Positions 28,069 to 37,820 of a stretch of 40,787 nt of DNA are shown piece by piece. Below the pieces are notes generated by a model. That model was not told the DNA's origin. It was given only the letters and a program-made list of their open reading frames with translations, and made no database searches. Made by a program: the position numbers and the translations under genes. The DNA comes from Tissierellia bacterium (GTDB lineage Bacteria > Bacillota > Clostridia > Tissierellales > Sedimentibacteraceae). Positions within the stretch are counted from its first letter, which is position 1. Every line of letters starts with the position of its first letter. The stretch covers positions 1-40,787 of the forward strand of contig JAQVRY010000002.1 in NCBI GenBank assembly GCA_028700795.1, read 5' to 3'.

Positions 28069-28938
28069 TCAACCTCGTGGGAATGTCTTTTTAAACACTT
28101 CCAGTGATTTGAATTCTACATTATTTATATAGTTTTGAGCAGCCCCTAAGCTGCTGAGTCCCATTAACTCCTGTAAAGTTCCAAGGTCAGCACCGTGAGA
28201 CAACATATGTACTGCAAATGAATTTCTTAAAGTCTGAGGGGATAATTCCTTTTTTAAATTCATTTTTTTCTTATAAGATTTCAGAATTTTCCATATTCCC
28301 TGCCTTGATATGGGCTCACCGGAAATATTTATAAATAAGAATTCATTGTCTTCAGTAGATTTAATACTCCTAAAATTGGTTAGATAGCTTTCAATTGCAC
28401 TTTTTGCATATTTGCTCAAAGGAATTATTCTTTCTTTATCTCCTTCAATATAAATCATTCCGGCGTTTAAATTTATTTGAGCAACTTTTATGCTTATCAG
28501 TTCGGAAACCTTTATTCCGGAAGAATACATCAATTCCAACAATGCCAAGTCTCTGATTCCTTTAAAAGTATTTTTATCAGGCAAAAGCATAAGCTGAGCA
28601 ACTTCTTCTTCAGCAAGAATGGAAGGTTTCTTTTTTATTTGTTTTGGGCTATGGATGCTGACAGCAGGGTTGTCCTTAATCAGCTTTTCATTCTTCAAGA
28701 AATTAAAAAAGTTCTTTAATGCAGAAATAGTCCTTGATATGGTTGATGAACTTTTGCCGTTTTTCTGCAGAGCTACAAGATATGTTAAAATATGTGCCTT
28801 CTTTGTTTCATTTAGCTCAAGGTCATAGTCTTCATGAAGGTAATTCCTAAAATTTTCAACATCATAAATATAGGATTTAATAGTATTTTTGCTTAAGTTT
28901 CTTTCACCCAAATATTTTTCATAAATTGCAATTTTCAT
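28069..28938 (-). CDS. xerD: XerD-like tyrosine recombinase with a degenerate active site
   Basis: SAM-like N-domain, RDLALLELMY and NGADL-like HGADL; spoIIM-xerD-deoB synteny; several catalytic residues substituted. Confidence 0.8.
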   Translation of the reverse strand: MKIAIYEKYLGERNLSKNTIKSYIYDVENFRNYLHEDYDLELNETKKAHILTYLVALQKNGKSSSTISRTISALKNFFNFLKNEKLIKDNPAVSIHSPKQIKKKPSILAEEEVAQLMLLPDKNTFKGIRDLALLELMYSSGIKVSELISIKVAQINLNAGMIYIEGDKERIIPLSKYAKSAIESYLTNFRSIKSTEDNEFLFINISGEPISRQGIWKILKSYKKKMNLKKELSPQTLRNSFAVHMLSHGADLGTLQELMGLSSLGAAQNYINNVEFKSLEVFKKTFPRG

Positions 28939-29519
28939 TATCTCACCATCAATCTGCTTAATACTAACACATAAAAGCTGTAAACAAAAGAATAAGCTGT
29001 TACAATCAGTAAATAAAATACAGAAACTTTAATATATCCTGCTATAATTATATCAAATTTACGCGAAATAGTCTCGATATTTTTTGCTTTTTTTGTATAT
29101 TTTGATATTGAACTCGAAATAAATGTAAAATAAAGTAAAATAGGAAAGAATATAAAATAATCCGTAAAGGTAAGCATAAAGTATTTAAATTCCATACCTA
29201 CTGTCCTGATTATATAGATTACGGACAAACCATAATATACAGAAATAAAACCGAATAAAATCATTGTTAAATTTCCTTGTCCTAAATAGGTTAAAACGAT
29301 GACTGCTAAAAAATAAATAATGTTTCTTTTAAGTGAGTTCCAAAAAATTTGTATAAAAGTCATTTTGCTTATACTTTCATAGTTAATTTCCCCCATTGTT
29401 CCTTTTCCTGTTAATGAGTAAATTAATGCTGATAAAATCAGAGCAACTATAAGAATTAATATTAATGTTAAAAACTTTTTGTTTTCAGATTTCACCAGCC
29501 TCTTTAGTGTATTATTCAT
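28938..29519 (-). CDS. spoIIM: Stage II sporulation protein M-like membrane protein
   Basis: ~193 aa multi-TM protein between nudF and xerD. Start moved to MNNT (GGGAGG RBS). The call rests mainly on synteny. Confidence 0.55.
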   Translation of the reverse strand: MNNTLKRLVKSENKKFLTLILILIVALILSALIYSLTGKGTMGEINYESISKMTFIQIFWNSLKRNIIYFLAVIVLTYLGQGNLTMILFGFISVYYGLSVIYIIRTVGMEFKYFMLTFTDYFIFFPILLYFTFISSSISKYTKKAKNIETISRKFDIIIAGYIKVSVFYLLIVTAYSFVYSFYVLVLSRLMVR

Positions 29520-29553
29520 AAAAACCTCCCATGTACTGTCTGTATCCCTCATA

Positions 29554-29581
29554 TGGGACAGAGGATACATATGCTGTCCCA
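29554..29581. repeat. TGGGACAG...CTGTCCCA palindrome (REP-like)
   Basis: 8-bp perfect arms. Confidence 0.5.
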
Positions 29582-29582
29582 C

Positions 29583-29633
29583 AAAAAAACCTCTTGTTAA
29601 GCTTTGTATAATATATGCTTGTACAAGAGGTTT
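29583..29633 (-). terminator. Probable terminator after nudF
   Basis: aaacctcttgt/acaagaggttt arms with a T-run on the minus strand. Confidence 0.6.
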
Positions 29634-29655
29634 AATTCTTTTTATGTATTCTATT

Positions 29656-30177
29656 TTAAGAATATAGCCAATGGAGAAGTCCAATTATTGTTTTGCTGTC
29701 AGTTATTCTACCGCTTTCAAGCATCTTTTTTGCTTCTTCGGCATTTACTTCTATTGTTTCTATACATTCATCCTCATCGAAATTAGTACCTTCAAATATC
29801 AGCTCCGAAGCTTTGAACAAATATACCTTTTCATTGGAAAACCCGGGTGAAGTATAAAATTCGTATATTAAATTAATTTTATCTGCTTTATATCCGGTTT
29901 CTTCTTTTAATTCACGCAATGCGCCTTCTTGAGGCTCCTCTGCAATATTTAGAATCCCTGCAGGCAGCTCTAAAATAAACTCCTCAACAGCTTTTCTGTA
30001 TTGTTTCACCAAAATTATCTTATCATTATTAACTGCTAAAATACATGCAGCATCTTTATGATCTACAATTTCTCTCTTTGCATATTTTTGGTTTTGCAGT
30101 TCAACCGTATCTACTCTTAAATTAACTATTTTGCCTTCAAATATTTTTTCGCTTTTTACCGTAATTTCCGTATTCAA
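29656..30177 (-). CDS. nudF: ADP-ribose pyrophosphatase (Nudix)
   Basis: KQYR, ELPAG, RELKEETG and SPGFSNE; TTG start with GGAGG RBS. Confidence 0.88.
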   Translation of the reverse strand: MNTEITVKSEKIFEGKIVNLRVDTVELQNQKYAKREIVDHKDAACILAVNNDKIILVKQYRKAVEEFILELPAGILNIAEEPQEGALRELKEETGYKADKINLIYEFYTSPGFSNEKVYLFKASELIFEGTNFDEDECIETIEVNAEEAKKMLESGRITDSKTIIGLLHWLYS

Positions 30178-30302
30178 TATTGCCTCCTATAATTAAACCA
30201 TTGCAATTAATGAGCAATTTTTAATAGTTGGACTTATTCTAATAACAATATATGTTTTTGTCAAGTCAATTTAAACAGTCGCAGCAATCGAATTGATTAT
30301 TG

Positions 30303-31097
30303 CTATGAAACTCTTTGCTCAAGGCGAAGTTTATCTGCTATCATTGCTACAAATTCTGAATTGGTAGGTTTGCCTTTATTATTATGTATGGTATATCCAA
30401 ATATATTGTTAATAGTTTCAATTTTTCCACGAGTCCATGCAACCTCTATTGCATGACGTATGGCTCTTTCAACTCTGCTTGGGGTAGCCGAATATTTTGC
30501 TGCTATCATGGGATAAAGTTCCTTTGTAATTGCTCCCAACAACTCAACGTTGTTTACTACATCTATTATAGACGTACGCAAATATTGATAGCCTTTAATA
30601 TGAGCTGGTACGCCTACTTCGTGCAAAATTTCGGTTATTCTAACTTCTAAGCTCAGTTCTGTGTTCATTTTATCTTTATAAACGATTTCCTTATTTTTAT
30701 TTTGTACCTTAGAAGTTTCTAATTCTGATATTTGAAGTAATCTGTCGGCAAATGATTCAAAATTAAAAGGTTTCACAATATAATAATCTACTCCCATGTT
30801 AATAGCCCTCTGAGTAACCTTGTCATGACCTACAGCAGATAAGACTATTACTTTGGGAAACTTGGTTAATTCTTTTTTGTGAAGTCTTTCTAATACACCT
30901 AGCCCGTCAAGCTGAGGCATTATTATGTCCAATATCAAAATGTCCGGCTCATGTTTTTCGACAGATTCCAATGCTTTCAGTCCATCCTCTGCCATATCTA
31001 CAACATCAAAAATTTTTTTACTTAGTAAGAAGTCTTTTAGAATTAGCCTAAATTCTTTATTGTCATCAGCAATTACAACTTTCACTTTTTTTTGCAT
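30303..31097 (-). CDS. spo0A: Sporulation master regulator Spo0A
   Basis: Receiver domain LDIIMPxLDG, [21 protein letters not shown] and KPTNSEF. Start set at MQKK. Confidence 0.97.
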   Translation of the reverse strand: MQKKVKVVIADDNKEFRLILKDFLLSKKIFDVVDMAEDGLKALESVEKHEPDILILDIIMPQLDGLGVLERLHKKELTKFPKVIVLSAVGHDKVTQRAINMGVDYYIVKPFNFESFADRLLQISELETSKVQNKNKEIVYKDKMNTELSLEVRITEILHEVGVPAHIKGYQYLRTSIIDVVNNVELLGAITKELYPMIAAKYSATPSRVERAIRHAIEVAWTRGKIETINNIFGYTIHNNKGKPTNSEFVAMIADKLRLEQRVS

Positions 31098-31317
31098 AGT
31101 AAATCCCCCAATCATAATATTCTTTTACTAATATAATACGCAAAAGAATCAAAAAACCCTTTTTTTTTATAAAAAAATTTTAATTTAATTCTAATATTGT
31201 AAAATAATAGTATATATGTCTATTATATACTACTTTACCCAGATTATACTAAAATTTTGTCGATAAATAAAAATAAGTTGAATTGTTTATAATTTTATTT
31301 TAAAAATGTATTAAACT

Positions 31318-32400
31318 TTAATTATTCATATATATTTTTTCAAAAACCCATTCAATATATATTCCATATCCCTTTGTAGGATCATTCATGAATACATGTG
31401 TTACAGCCCCGACAATTTTATTGTTTTGTATTATGGGACTTCCGCTCATACCTTGAATAATCCCGTTAGTCATTTCTAAAAGCTCTTTATCTGTAATTCT
31501 TATAACAAAACTTTTTTCATCAGGTTTATTTTGATAAAATATCTTTGATATATCTATAGAGTATTTTTTTATTTCATTATTTACACATGAAATTATATAT
31601 GCAGGTCCTAATTTAATCTCTTCTTTCTTGCCAATTTCCATTAAATCACTGCTGAAATATCCCATGCTATCTTTATTAATTTTCCCATAAATTCCAAAGT
31701 TTGTATTATCTAAAACTGTTCCTAAACTTTCCTCATCTTTTAAAATATAACCCAAAATTTCTCCCGGCTCACCTTTTTTACCAAGCTTAATGCTTGTAAT
31801 ATTGGCTTTTGAAATAGTGCCGGATTCAATATCTATTAAATTACCTGTTTCCGAATCTGAAATACCGTGACCTATGGCACTATATGTTCCTGTTTCAGGG
31901 TCTACAAAGGTAACTGTTCCGATTCCTGCTATATCATCTCTTGCCCAAAATCCAAATTTGATTTCATCACTGCCGTATCTTTGAACGGGAGTTATGGTGA
32001 AATTGTAAATTTCTCCTGCCCTTTCAATTTTAAATATATATATTTTAATTCCCATTGTTTCAGTATAATTTATTATTTCATCGGTGCTTCCCATATACAA
32101 GGAGTCTATTTCCAATATTTTATCACCTATTTGAATTCCCGAGATTTTTGCAGGAGATGTTGATATATTTTCATTATTGATTATATCAGCCAATCCTACG
32201 ACCAATACTCCCTCGGTTTTTAGCTCTACACCAATGGTTTGGCCCCCGGGCATAATATACCTTCCATCCGTATCTACGACTTGATCGCCTTTTGCAAATT
32301 TATATGGATTTGTTTTTAAATTAAAACCAAAAAAAACGGCAGTCATTAATACCGCAATAAAAAAAATAAAGAATAAAACTCTTTTAGCGAAATTTCTCAT
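31318..32400 (-). CDS. spoIVB: SpoIVB serine peptidase
   Basis: PGGQTIG, PDZ domain, GHG, GIIQGMSGSPIIQ and THVF. Confidence 0.95.
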   Translation of the reverse strand: MRNFAKRVLFFIFFIAVLMTAVFFGFNLKTNPYKFAKGDQVVDTDGRYIMPGGQTIGVELKTEGVLVVGLADIINNENISTSPAKISGIQIGDKILEIDSLYMGSTDEIINYTETMGIKIYIFKIERAGEIYNFTITPVQRYGSDEIKFGFWARDDIAGIGTVTFVDPETGTYSAIGHGISDSETGNLIDIESGTISKANITSIKLGKKGEPGEILGYILKDEESLGTVLDNTNFGIYGKINKDSMGYFSSDLMEIGKKEEIKLGPAYIISCVNNEIKKYSIDISKIFYQNKPDEKSFVIRITDKELLEMTNGIIQGMSGSPIIQNNKIVGAVTHVFMNDPTKGYGIYIEWVFEKIYMNN

Positions 32401-32449
32401 TATGCTCTCCTAATAGTTTTATCCTTAAGTTTTCCATTTGAAACTTGTT

Positions 32450-34108
32450 CTATTCAGTTATTTTACTGTTAAATTCTATCAGTTCCTTAGCATTATTTAG
32501 AGATTTGTCAGTTATTTTCATACCGCTCAATAATCTGGCAATTTCATTAATTTTGTTTTCTTTGTCTAACTTTTTAACAGTACTTATTGTATTATTGTCA
32601 ACAACTTTTTTTTCAATCAAAAAATGATTTCTGGAAATCGATGCAATTTGCGGAGAATGCGTGACACATATAACTTGATTTTTAGCTGCAATATAATTCA
32701 TTTTCACACCGGACATCTGTGCAGTCTTGCCGCTTATTCCTATGTCTATTTCATCAAACACCATTGTTTGACCAACATCGCTTTTTATTTTTTTAAAAGC
32801 CAGCATAATTCTTGAAGCTTCTCCTCCGGAAACTATTTTTTGAACAGAATTCAAATCGCTTCCAACATTAGTTGAAATTAAAAATTCAACATTGTCAACA
32901 CCGTCTACAGATATATTCTTTTTTTCTATTTTGACTTTGAACACAATATTTTTCATATTTAGCTCGCTTAATTCGATTAAAATCTGCTTTTCAAGGTATT
33001 CTGCCGCGATTTTTCTTTTCTTTGATATAATTCCTGTTTTTTCTATCATTAATTTATATATTTCATTTTTTTCTGTATTTAAAGAATTTAATTTTGAATC
33101 AGCTTCAAGTAGTAAGCTTAATTCTTCTTGAGATGTTTTTCTGTATTCATTTATTCTTTCAATTGAAAAACCGTATTTTCTTTTTAATCGATTAATGAGA
33201 GACATTCTGTTTTCAATATTGTTAAGCTCTTTTTCATCAAGAGCCAAATTATCTGAATAGTCTCTTAAATCATAGCTTAATAGTTTTAATTCCTCTAACT
33301 GGATGTCAATCCTTGACAGAAATTCTTCAAGTTTTTCGTCATAACCTTGGATTTTGTTAATAATGCTGTATACACTGTTTATATTGTCGCTGTTAAGAAT
33401 ATGTATTGATTCATACAAAGATTTTTTGATTTCCTGTACGTTTGAAAGCTTCTTAATTTTTTTCAGCAGCTCTTCTTCTTCAAACTCTCTTAGTTCTGCC
33501 ATATCAATTTCATTAATTTCATATTGTAACTGCTCAATTTTTTTATCTTTATTCAAGAGCTTTTCATTGAGTGTATATATTTCATTTTGAATTCGGTTAT
33601 AATTCGCAAAAAGCTTATCATAAGACTGAAATATCGGTGATAACTCTTTTTGTATCAGACTGTCAAGCATTTTAATATGATTTTCTTTTTTAAACAAACT
33701 TTCATGACCGAATTGACCGTAAATGTCAATTAAAAAACTGCCTATTGCTTTAATTATGTTAAGAGGAACAGTTCTTCCATTAACCTTGTTTATACTTTTG
33801 CCGTTTTGCAATAGCTCCCTTGATATTATTAAAAAGTCATCCTTATCGTTTTCTACGTTCAGGTTTTTTAACGTCTCATAAAGGTCGTCATTTTGTCCTA
33901 TGTCAAAAATTCCTTCTATTAATGCCGAATTTTTGCCTTTTCTTATTAGCTCCTTTGAAGCTCTTTCTCCCAAAATAAGCTCAATTGCATTAATTAATAC
34001 AGATTTTCCCGACCCTGTTTCCCCCGTAAAAACATTAAAACCGGAGTCAAAACTAACAGATACACTTTCAAATACTGCAAAATTGCTTATATTTAAACTA
34101 AGCAGCAT
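32450..34108 (-). CDS. recN: DNA repair protein RecN
   Basis: TGETGSGKS, SGGE, FDEID and VTHSPQ. Confidence 0.95.
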   Translation of the reverse strand: MLLSLNISNFAVFESVSVSFDSGFNVFTGETGSGKSVLINAIELILGERASKELIRKGKNSALIEGIFDIGQNDDLYETLKNLNVENDKDDFLIISRELLQNGKSINKVNGRTVPLNIIKAIGSFLIDIYGQFGHESLFKKENHIKMLDSLIQKELSPIFQSYDKLFANYNRIQNEIYTLNEKLLNKDKKIEQLQYEINEIDMAELREFEEEELLKKIKKLSNVQEIKKSLYESIHILNSDNINSVYSIINKIQGYDEKLEEFLSRIDIQLEELKLLSYDLRDYSDNLALDEKELNNIENRMSLINRLKRKYGFSIERINEYRKTSQEELSLLLEADSKLNSLNTEKNEIYKLMIEKTGIISKKRKIAAEYLEKQILIELSELNMKNIVFKVKIEKKNISVDGVDNVEFLISTNVGSDLNSVQKIVSGGEASRIMLAFKKIKSDVGQTMVFDEIDIGISGKTAQMSGVKMNYIAAKNQVICVTHSPQIASISRNHFLIEKKVVDNNTISTVKKLDKENKINEIARLLSGMKITDKSLNNAKELIEFNSKITE

Positions 34109-34118
34109 ATTATCACCA

Positions 34119-34571
34119 TTATCTTATATTCTTTTTAAATTCCTGTAATACATTTTCTACTTGCTCCATTTTTCTGACAGCTACAAAAACATTGTCGTCT
34201 CCTGCCAATGTTCCTACAATTTCATCAATTCCCATATAATCAATGGCTGATGCACATATCTGAGCAGCTCCGGGAATAGTTTTTAGTATTATAATATTCA
34301 TTGCATTGTCTATTGAAACTACGGAATTTTCGAATATTTTATTCAATCTGTCCGTTATTCCTTCCTGGCTTTGACTTATAGTAGCATACTTGTACTTGCC
34401 ACTTTTAGCCATTACCTTTACAAGTCTAAGCTCTTTAATATCTCTTGAAATTGTAGCTTGTGTTACATCAATACCCATATTCTTTAGGGATTCAGCTAAT
34501 TCCTCCTGAGTTTCAACTTCACTCTTAGAAATCAACTCAAGAATTTTTGTTTGTCTTGTATACTTTTTCAT
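34119..34571 (-). CDS. argR: Arginine repressor
   Basis: TQATISRDIKEL and GTLAGDD. Confidence 0.96.
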   Translation of the reverse strand: MKKYTRQTKILELISKSEVETQEELAESLKNMGIDVTQATISRDIKELRLVKVMAKSGKYKYATISQSQEGITDRLNKIFENSVVSIDNAMNIIILKTIPGAAQICASAIDYMGIDEIVGTLAGDDNVFVAVRKMEQVENVLQEFKKNIR

Positions 34572-34589
34572 TTGCCACCTCTTAGTTTT

Positions 34590-35375
34590 TTATAATATTT
34601 CAAAGGCTTTATTAATTAAGTCTTTGAAATTAAATTCATTTGTTCTTCCTGTAATTTTTAAGTGTGCAAGATATTCTATGTTTCCTGCCGCTCCTTTTAT
34701 AGGAGAGTAATCAATATTTATTAAATTCAATTTGTTTATTTTACAATAATTACTTAGATTGTTAAGAACCTCCAAATGAACTTTCCTATCCTTAACTATG
34801 CCCTTTTTTCCTATATTTTCTTTCCCTGCTTCAAATTGTGGTTTTACCAATGCGACAATATCTGTATCATTTTGACTTATTTCGACAATTTTAGGTAAAA
34901 TATGTTTTAGCGAAATAAATGAAACATCAACTGATATAATGTCTATAACATCAGTAAATATAGATGTATCAATGTACCTAAAATTTGTTTTTTCTAAATT
35001 GATAACTCTAATATCATTCCTTAAAGAATCATGAAGCTGACCATTGCCAACATCAACTGCATATACTTTTTTTACTCCATGTTTTAACAGATAATCTGTA
35101 AATCCGCCGGTTGAAGCTCCGATATCTACAGCAATTTTATTTTCGATATTTATGTCAAATACATTCATTGCTTTTTCAATTTTTACATAACCCCTGCTTA
35201 CATTAAGCTGGCCTGTAATTTTAATTTTAACATCATCATTTACTGTATATGATGATTTTGTTATTAATTTATCATCCACAAATACACAATTGCTTAGAAT
35301 AAGCTCTTTTGCTTTTTCGCGGCTGCTTGCATATCCTTTGTCATGCAAATATACGTCAAGCCTGTAATCTTCCAT
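34590..35375 (-). CDS. tlyA: TlyA family rRNA methyltransferase
   Basis: S4 domain, DIGASTGGFTD, DVSFISL, KPQFE and GNIEY. Confidence 0.93.
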   Translation of the reverse strand: MEDYRLDVYLHDKGYASSREKAKELILSNCVFVDDKLITKSSYTVNDDVKIKITGQLNVSRGYVKIEKAMNVFDINIENKIAVDIGASTGGFTDYLLKHGVKKVYAVDVGNGQLHDSLRNDIRVINLEKTNFRYIDTSIFTDVIDIISVDVSFISLKHILPKIVEISQNDTDIVALVKPQFEAGKENIGKKGIVKDRKVHLEVLNNLSNYCKINKLNLINIDYSPIKGAAGNIEYLAHLKITGRTNEFNFKDLINKAFEIL

Positions 35376-35517
35376 TTCTATGCCTTACCTAATACATAAT
35401 TATTCTTTTATAAAAATAAATATTTGGATATTCAATAAAATTATAGCATAAGCATTTATTTATATCAATTAATATTTTTAATAAATATAAATATTAGGGC
35501 ATCAAAGAAAAACAGGG

Positions 35518-35709
35518 TTAGGGCATCTCATCAATAATTTTGATTTTTTTTTGAGTGTCGTCCAATTTTTTCATGCAAAAAGAATAGGCCTTCATTCCCT
35601 TTTCATAATTACTAAGAAGTTCGTCAATTGTAATATCATTTTTGTTTTCAAACTTCTGAACAATATTTTTCAATTCTTCCAAAGCACTTTCAAAGCTTTC
35701 GTACTCCAT
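35518..35709 (-). CDS. xseB: Exodeoxyribonuclease VII small subunit
   Basis: SFExALEELxxIV..YEKG pattern, directly after xseA. Confidence 0.85.
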   Translation of the reverse strand: MEYESFESALEELKNIVQKFENKNDITIDELLSNYEKGMKAYSFCMKKLDDTQKKIKIIDEMP

Positions 35710-35710
35710 T

Positions 35711-36892
35711 TTACACCTCTTTTATATCAATTGTTTCTGCTTCTATTTTAAAATCTGCAAATCTTATATGCAAAATATCTTTTAACTCTACCTGCTCTTT
35801 ATACTTAATAATATTCCCTGCATTATCTGATACCAATGTAAATCCTTTTTTTAGCTGTTTGTTGTAATCGAATGAATTTAATTTTTCGCTCATTATTTTA
35901 AGATTAAAATAATACTCATTGATAATTTTAGTCGTTTCGTTCTTTAGTAGGTTTTGATAAATATCCAACTGGTTTTTTGTTTTATAAATATCCTCCAATG
36001 GTAAGCTGCTTCTTAATAAATATTTAATTGACATAAGCTCTGCCTTTTTTAAAGATATGGCATTATTTGTTCCTGAGCTTAAGGCAAATAAAAGATTATT
36101 GAGCTTCTCTTCAACATCTTTGTAGCCTCTTATAATTCTTTCAGCTGCAGCTGTTGGAGTATGACAGTATACATCAGCCACATAATCTGTTAATGTTCTG
36201 TCCGTTTCGTGTCCGATTCCCGTAACAACTATAACCTTTGATTTATAAACTTCCATGGCTAAGTCAATATCATTAAAAACATTTAAATCTTCAAAACTAC
36301 CTCCGCCTCTTGAAATAAGAATTACATCAGTTTCCACATTGTTAAAATACTTAAACCCTTCTATTATGCTTTCTTTAGCTTTTTCACCTTGTACCAATGT
36401 ATTGTAGACAGTTATATCTATATCGGCTTTTACACTTTCAAAGGTTTTTAATATATCTTTGACGGCTGCTCCTGTTTTTGAGGTTATTATGCCTATTTTT
36501 TGCGGGAATAAAGGAAGCTCTCTCTTGCGGTCAAATAATCCCTGTGAGCTTAATTTTTCCTTTAATAACTCCAAATCAAGAAGAATTTTACCTAATCCTG
36601 TCCTTTCAATATTTCGAACAATAAGCTGGTAGTTACCCTTTGCTTCATAAACCGATAACTCCCCTTCTGCTATTATTTTGTCTCCATTTTTTGAAATTGA
36701 GTCAGCAAAAAAAGCAACACAATTTATACATGAGCTTTCATCGCATAATGAAAAGTATGTATAACCTGTCTTGCTCATTCTAATGTTTGTAATTTCACCT
36801 TCTACTCTCAAATTATTGAGCATTGAATTGCTCATTAAGTACTTCTTTATATATTGGTTAAGAACTGAAACTTTAATAGGTTTTAATTTCAT
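35711..36892 (-). CDS. xseA: Exodeoxyribonuclease VII large subunit
   Basis: RGGGSFEDL, GIGHETD and TPTAAA. Start moved to MKLK. Confidence 0.93.
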   Translation of the reverse strand: MKLKPIKVSVLNQYIKKYLMSNSMLNNLRVEGEITNIRMSKTGYTYFSLCDESSCINCVAFFADSISKNGDKIIAEGELSVYEAKGNYQLIVRNIERTGLGKILLDLELLKEKLSSQGLFDRKRELPLFPQKIGIITSKTGAAVKDILKTFESVKADIDITVYNTLVQGEKAKESIIEGFKYFNNVETDVILISRGGGSFEDLNVFNDIDLAMEVYKSKVIVVTGIGHETDRTLTDYVADVYCHTPTAAAERIIRGYKDVEEKLNNLLFALSSGTNNAISLKKAELMSIKYLLRSSLPLEDIYKTKNQLDIYQNLLKNETTKIINEYYFNLKIMSEKLNSFDYNKQLKKGFTLVSDNAGNIIKYKEQVELKDILHIRFADFKIEAETIDIKEV

Positions 36893-37820
36893 TGTACCAC
36901 CTGTCAATAATAGGGAGAAAAGCAAGACCTACAGCATTATCGGAAGAATTATTTACAGCCGGGAATAATATTTCATATCCTTTAATACTTTTCATAATAT
37001 AATTTCTTATATAGCTGTTGGATGCAACTCCTCCTGAAATAATTAAGGTTTTGTGCTGAAGATGTGATAAACTGTGTATTACTTGTACTATATATTCGGC
37101 AATATAATCAAAAAGCGAAGTTATAATTTCTTCTTTCGTATATTTATTTAGTAAATTACCGAAGTAATTTTCCATTCCGGATAAATTTATATATGAACCT
37201 TTAATTATTCTAGGTGTGGTGAGTTTTCCTACATTCTTCCCCTTTATGTATTCCTCCATATATTTGCCGCAAGGAAACGGAAAATCCATCATAATGCCTA
37301 GCCTGTCTATAAGCTGCCCAAATGTAATATCCTTTGTCTGCCCTACAATTTTTGTTTCAAAGCCTTTTATACTTTTTTTGGCGGATACAAATTCTGTGGT
37401 TCCTCCGGATATATGGACTGCAAGAAATTCATCGACACTTTTGTAATTATCAATTAATGAAGATGATATATGATTTTCTTGATGAGAATATTCAAAAAAC
37501 TCGCAATTTAAGGTATGAGAAATAACCTTTCCGAAATTTCTGCCTACAATAAATACGGGCATGTAGGAGTCTTCCTCATTGCGAGGTCTTGAACTGACTG
37601 ATACTGTATTAATCTTTGAAATGTCATGTGTAATCTTTGCGTAAAGCTCCGGCAGGTTTTTTAAATGCTGAAATACTGCCTCTTGCTGCCTTAACCCTTT
37701 TTGTCCCTGTTTTACTTCAAGTATCTTTCTTTCATCTGCAAGAATTTCATTGTTCTCTTCATTAATTAATGCAATGGATGTTGTATAAGCACTTGTATCA
37801 ATTCCAAGTATGTATGTCAT
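36873..37820 (-). CDS. TsaD/Kae1-like ASKHA protein (O-sialoglycoprotein endopeptidase-like paralog)
   Basis: LGIDTSAYTTS, HQENH, HISGGT, GQLIDR, GGVASN and DNA. ATGA overlap with nusB fixes the start. Confidence 0.8.
   Translation of the reverse strand: MTYILGIDTSAYTTSIALINEENNEILADERKILEVKQGQKGLRQQEAVFQHLKNLPELYAKITHDISKINTVSVSSRPRNEEDSYMPVFIVGRNFGKVISHTLNCEFFEYSHQENHISSSLIDNYKSVDEFLAVHISGGTTEFVSAKKSIKGFETKIVGQTKDITFGQLIDRLGIMMDFPFPCGKYMEEYIKGKNVGKLTTPRIIKGSYINLSGMENYFGNLLNKYTKEEIITSLFDYIAEYIVQVIHSLSHLQHKTLIISGGVASNSYIRNYIMKSIKGYEILFPAVNNSSDNAVGLAFLPIIDRWYNEIKTY

Noticed and set aside
28069-28938. Prophage or ICE integrase
   Set aside because: Core spoIIM-xerD-deoB synteny, with no att-like repeats, tRNA or phage genes.
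31200-31270. Palindrome tagtatata/tatatacta and near-0A box TGTCGAT upstream of spo0A
   Set aside because: Plausible autoregulatory sites, but too AT-rich and degenerate to support from sequence alone.
34590-35375. Hemolysin or virulence factor
   Set aside because: TlyA in its standard housekeeping position with methyltransferase motifs; nothing in the sequence supports a toxin role.
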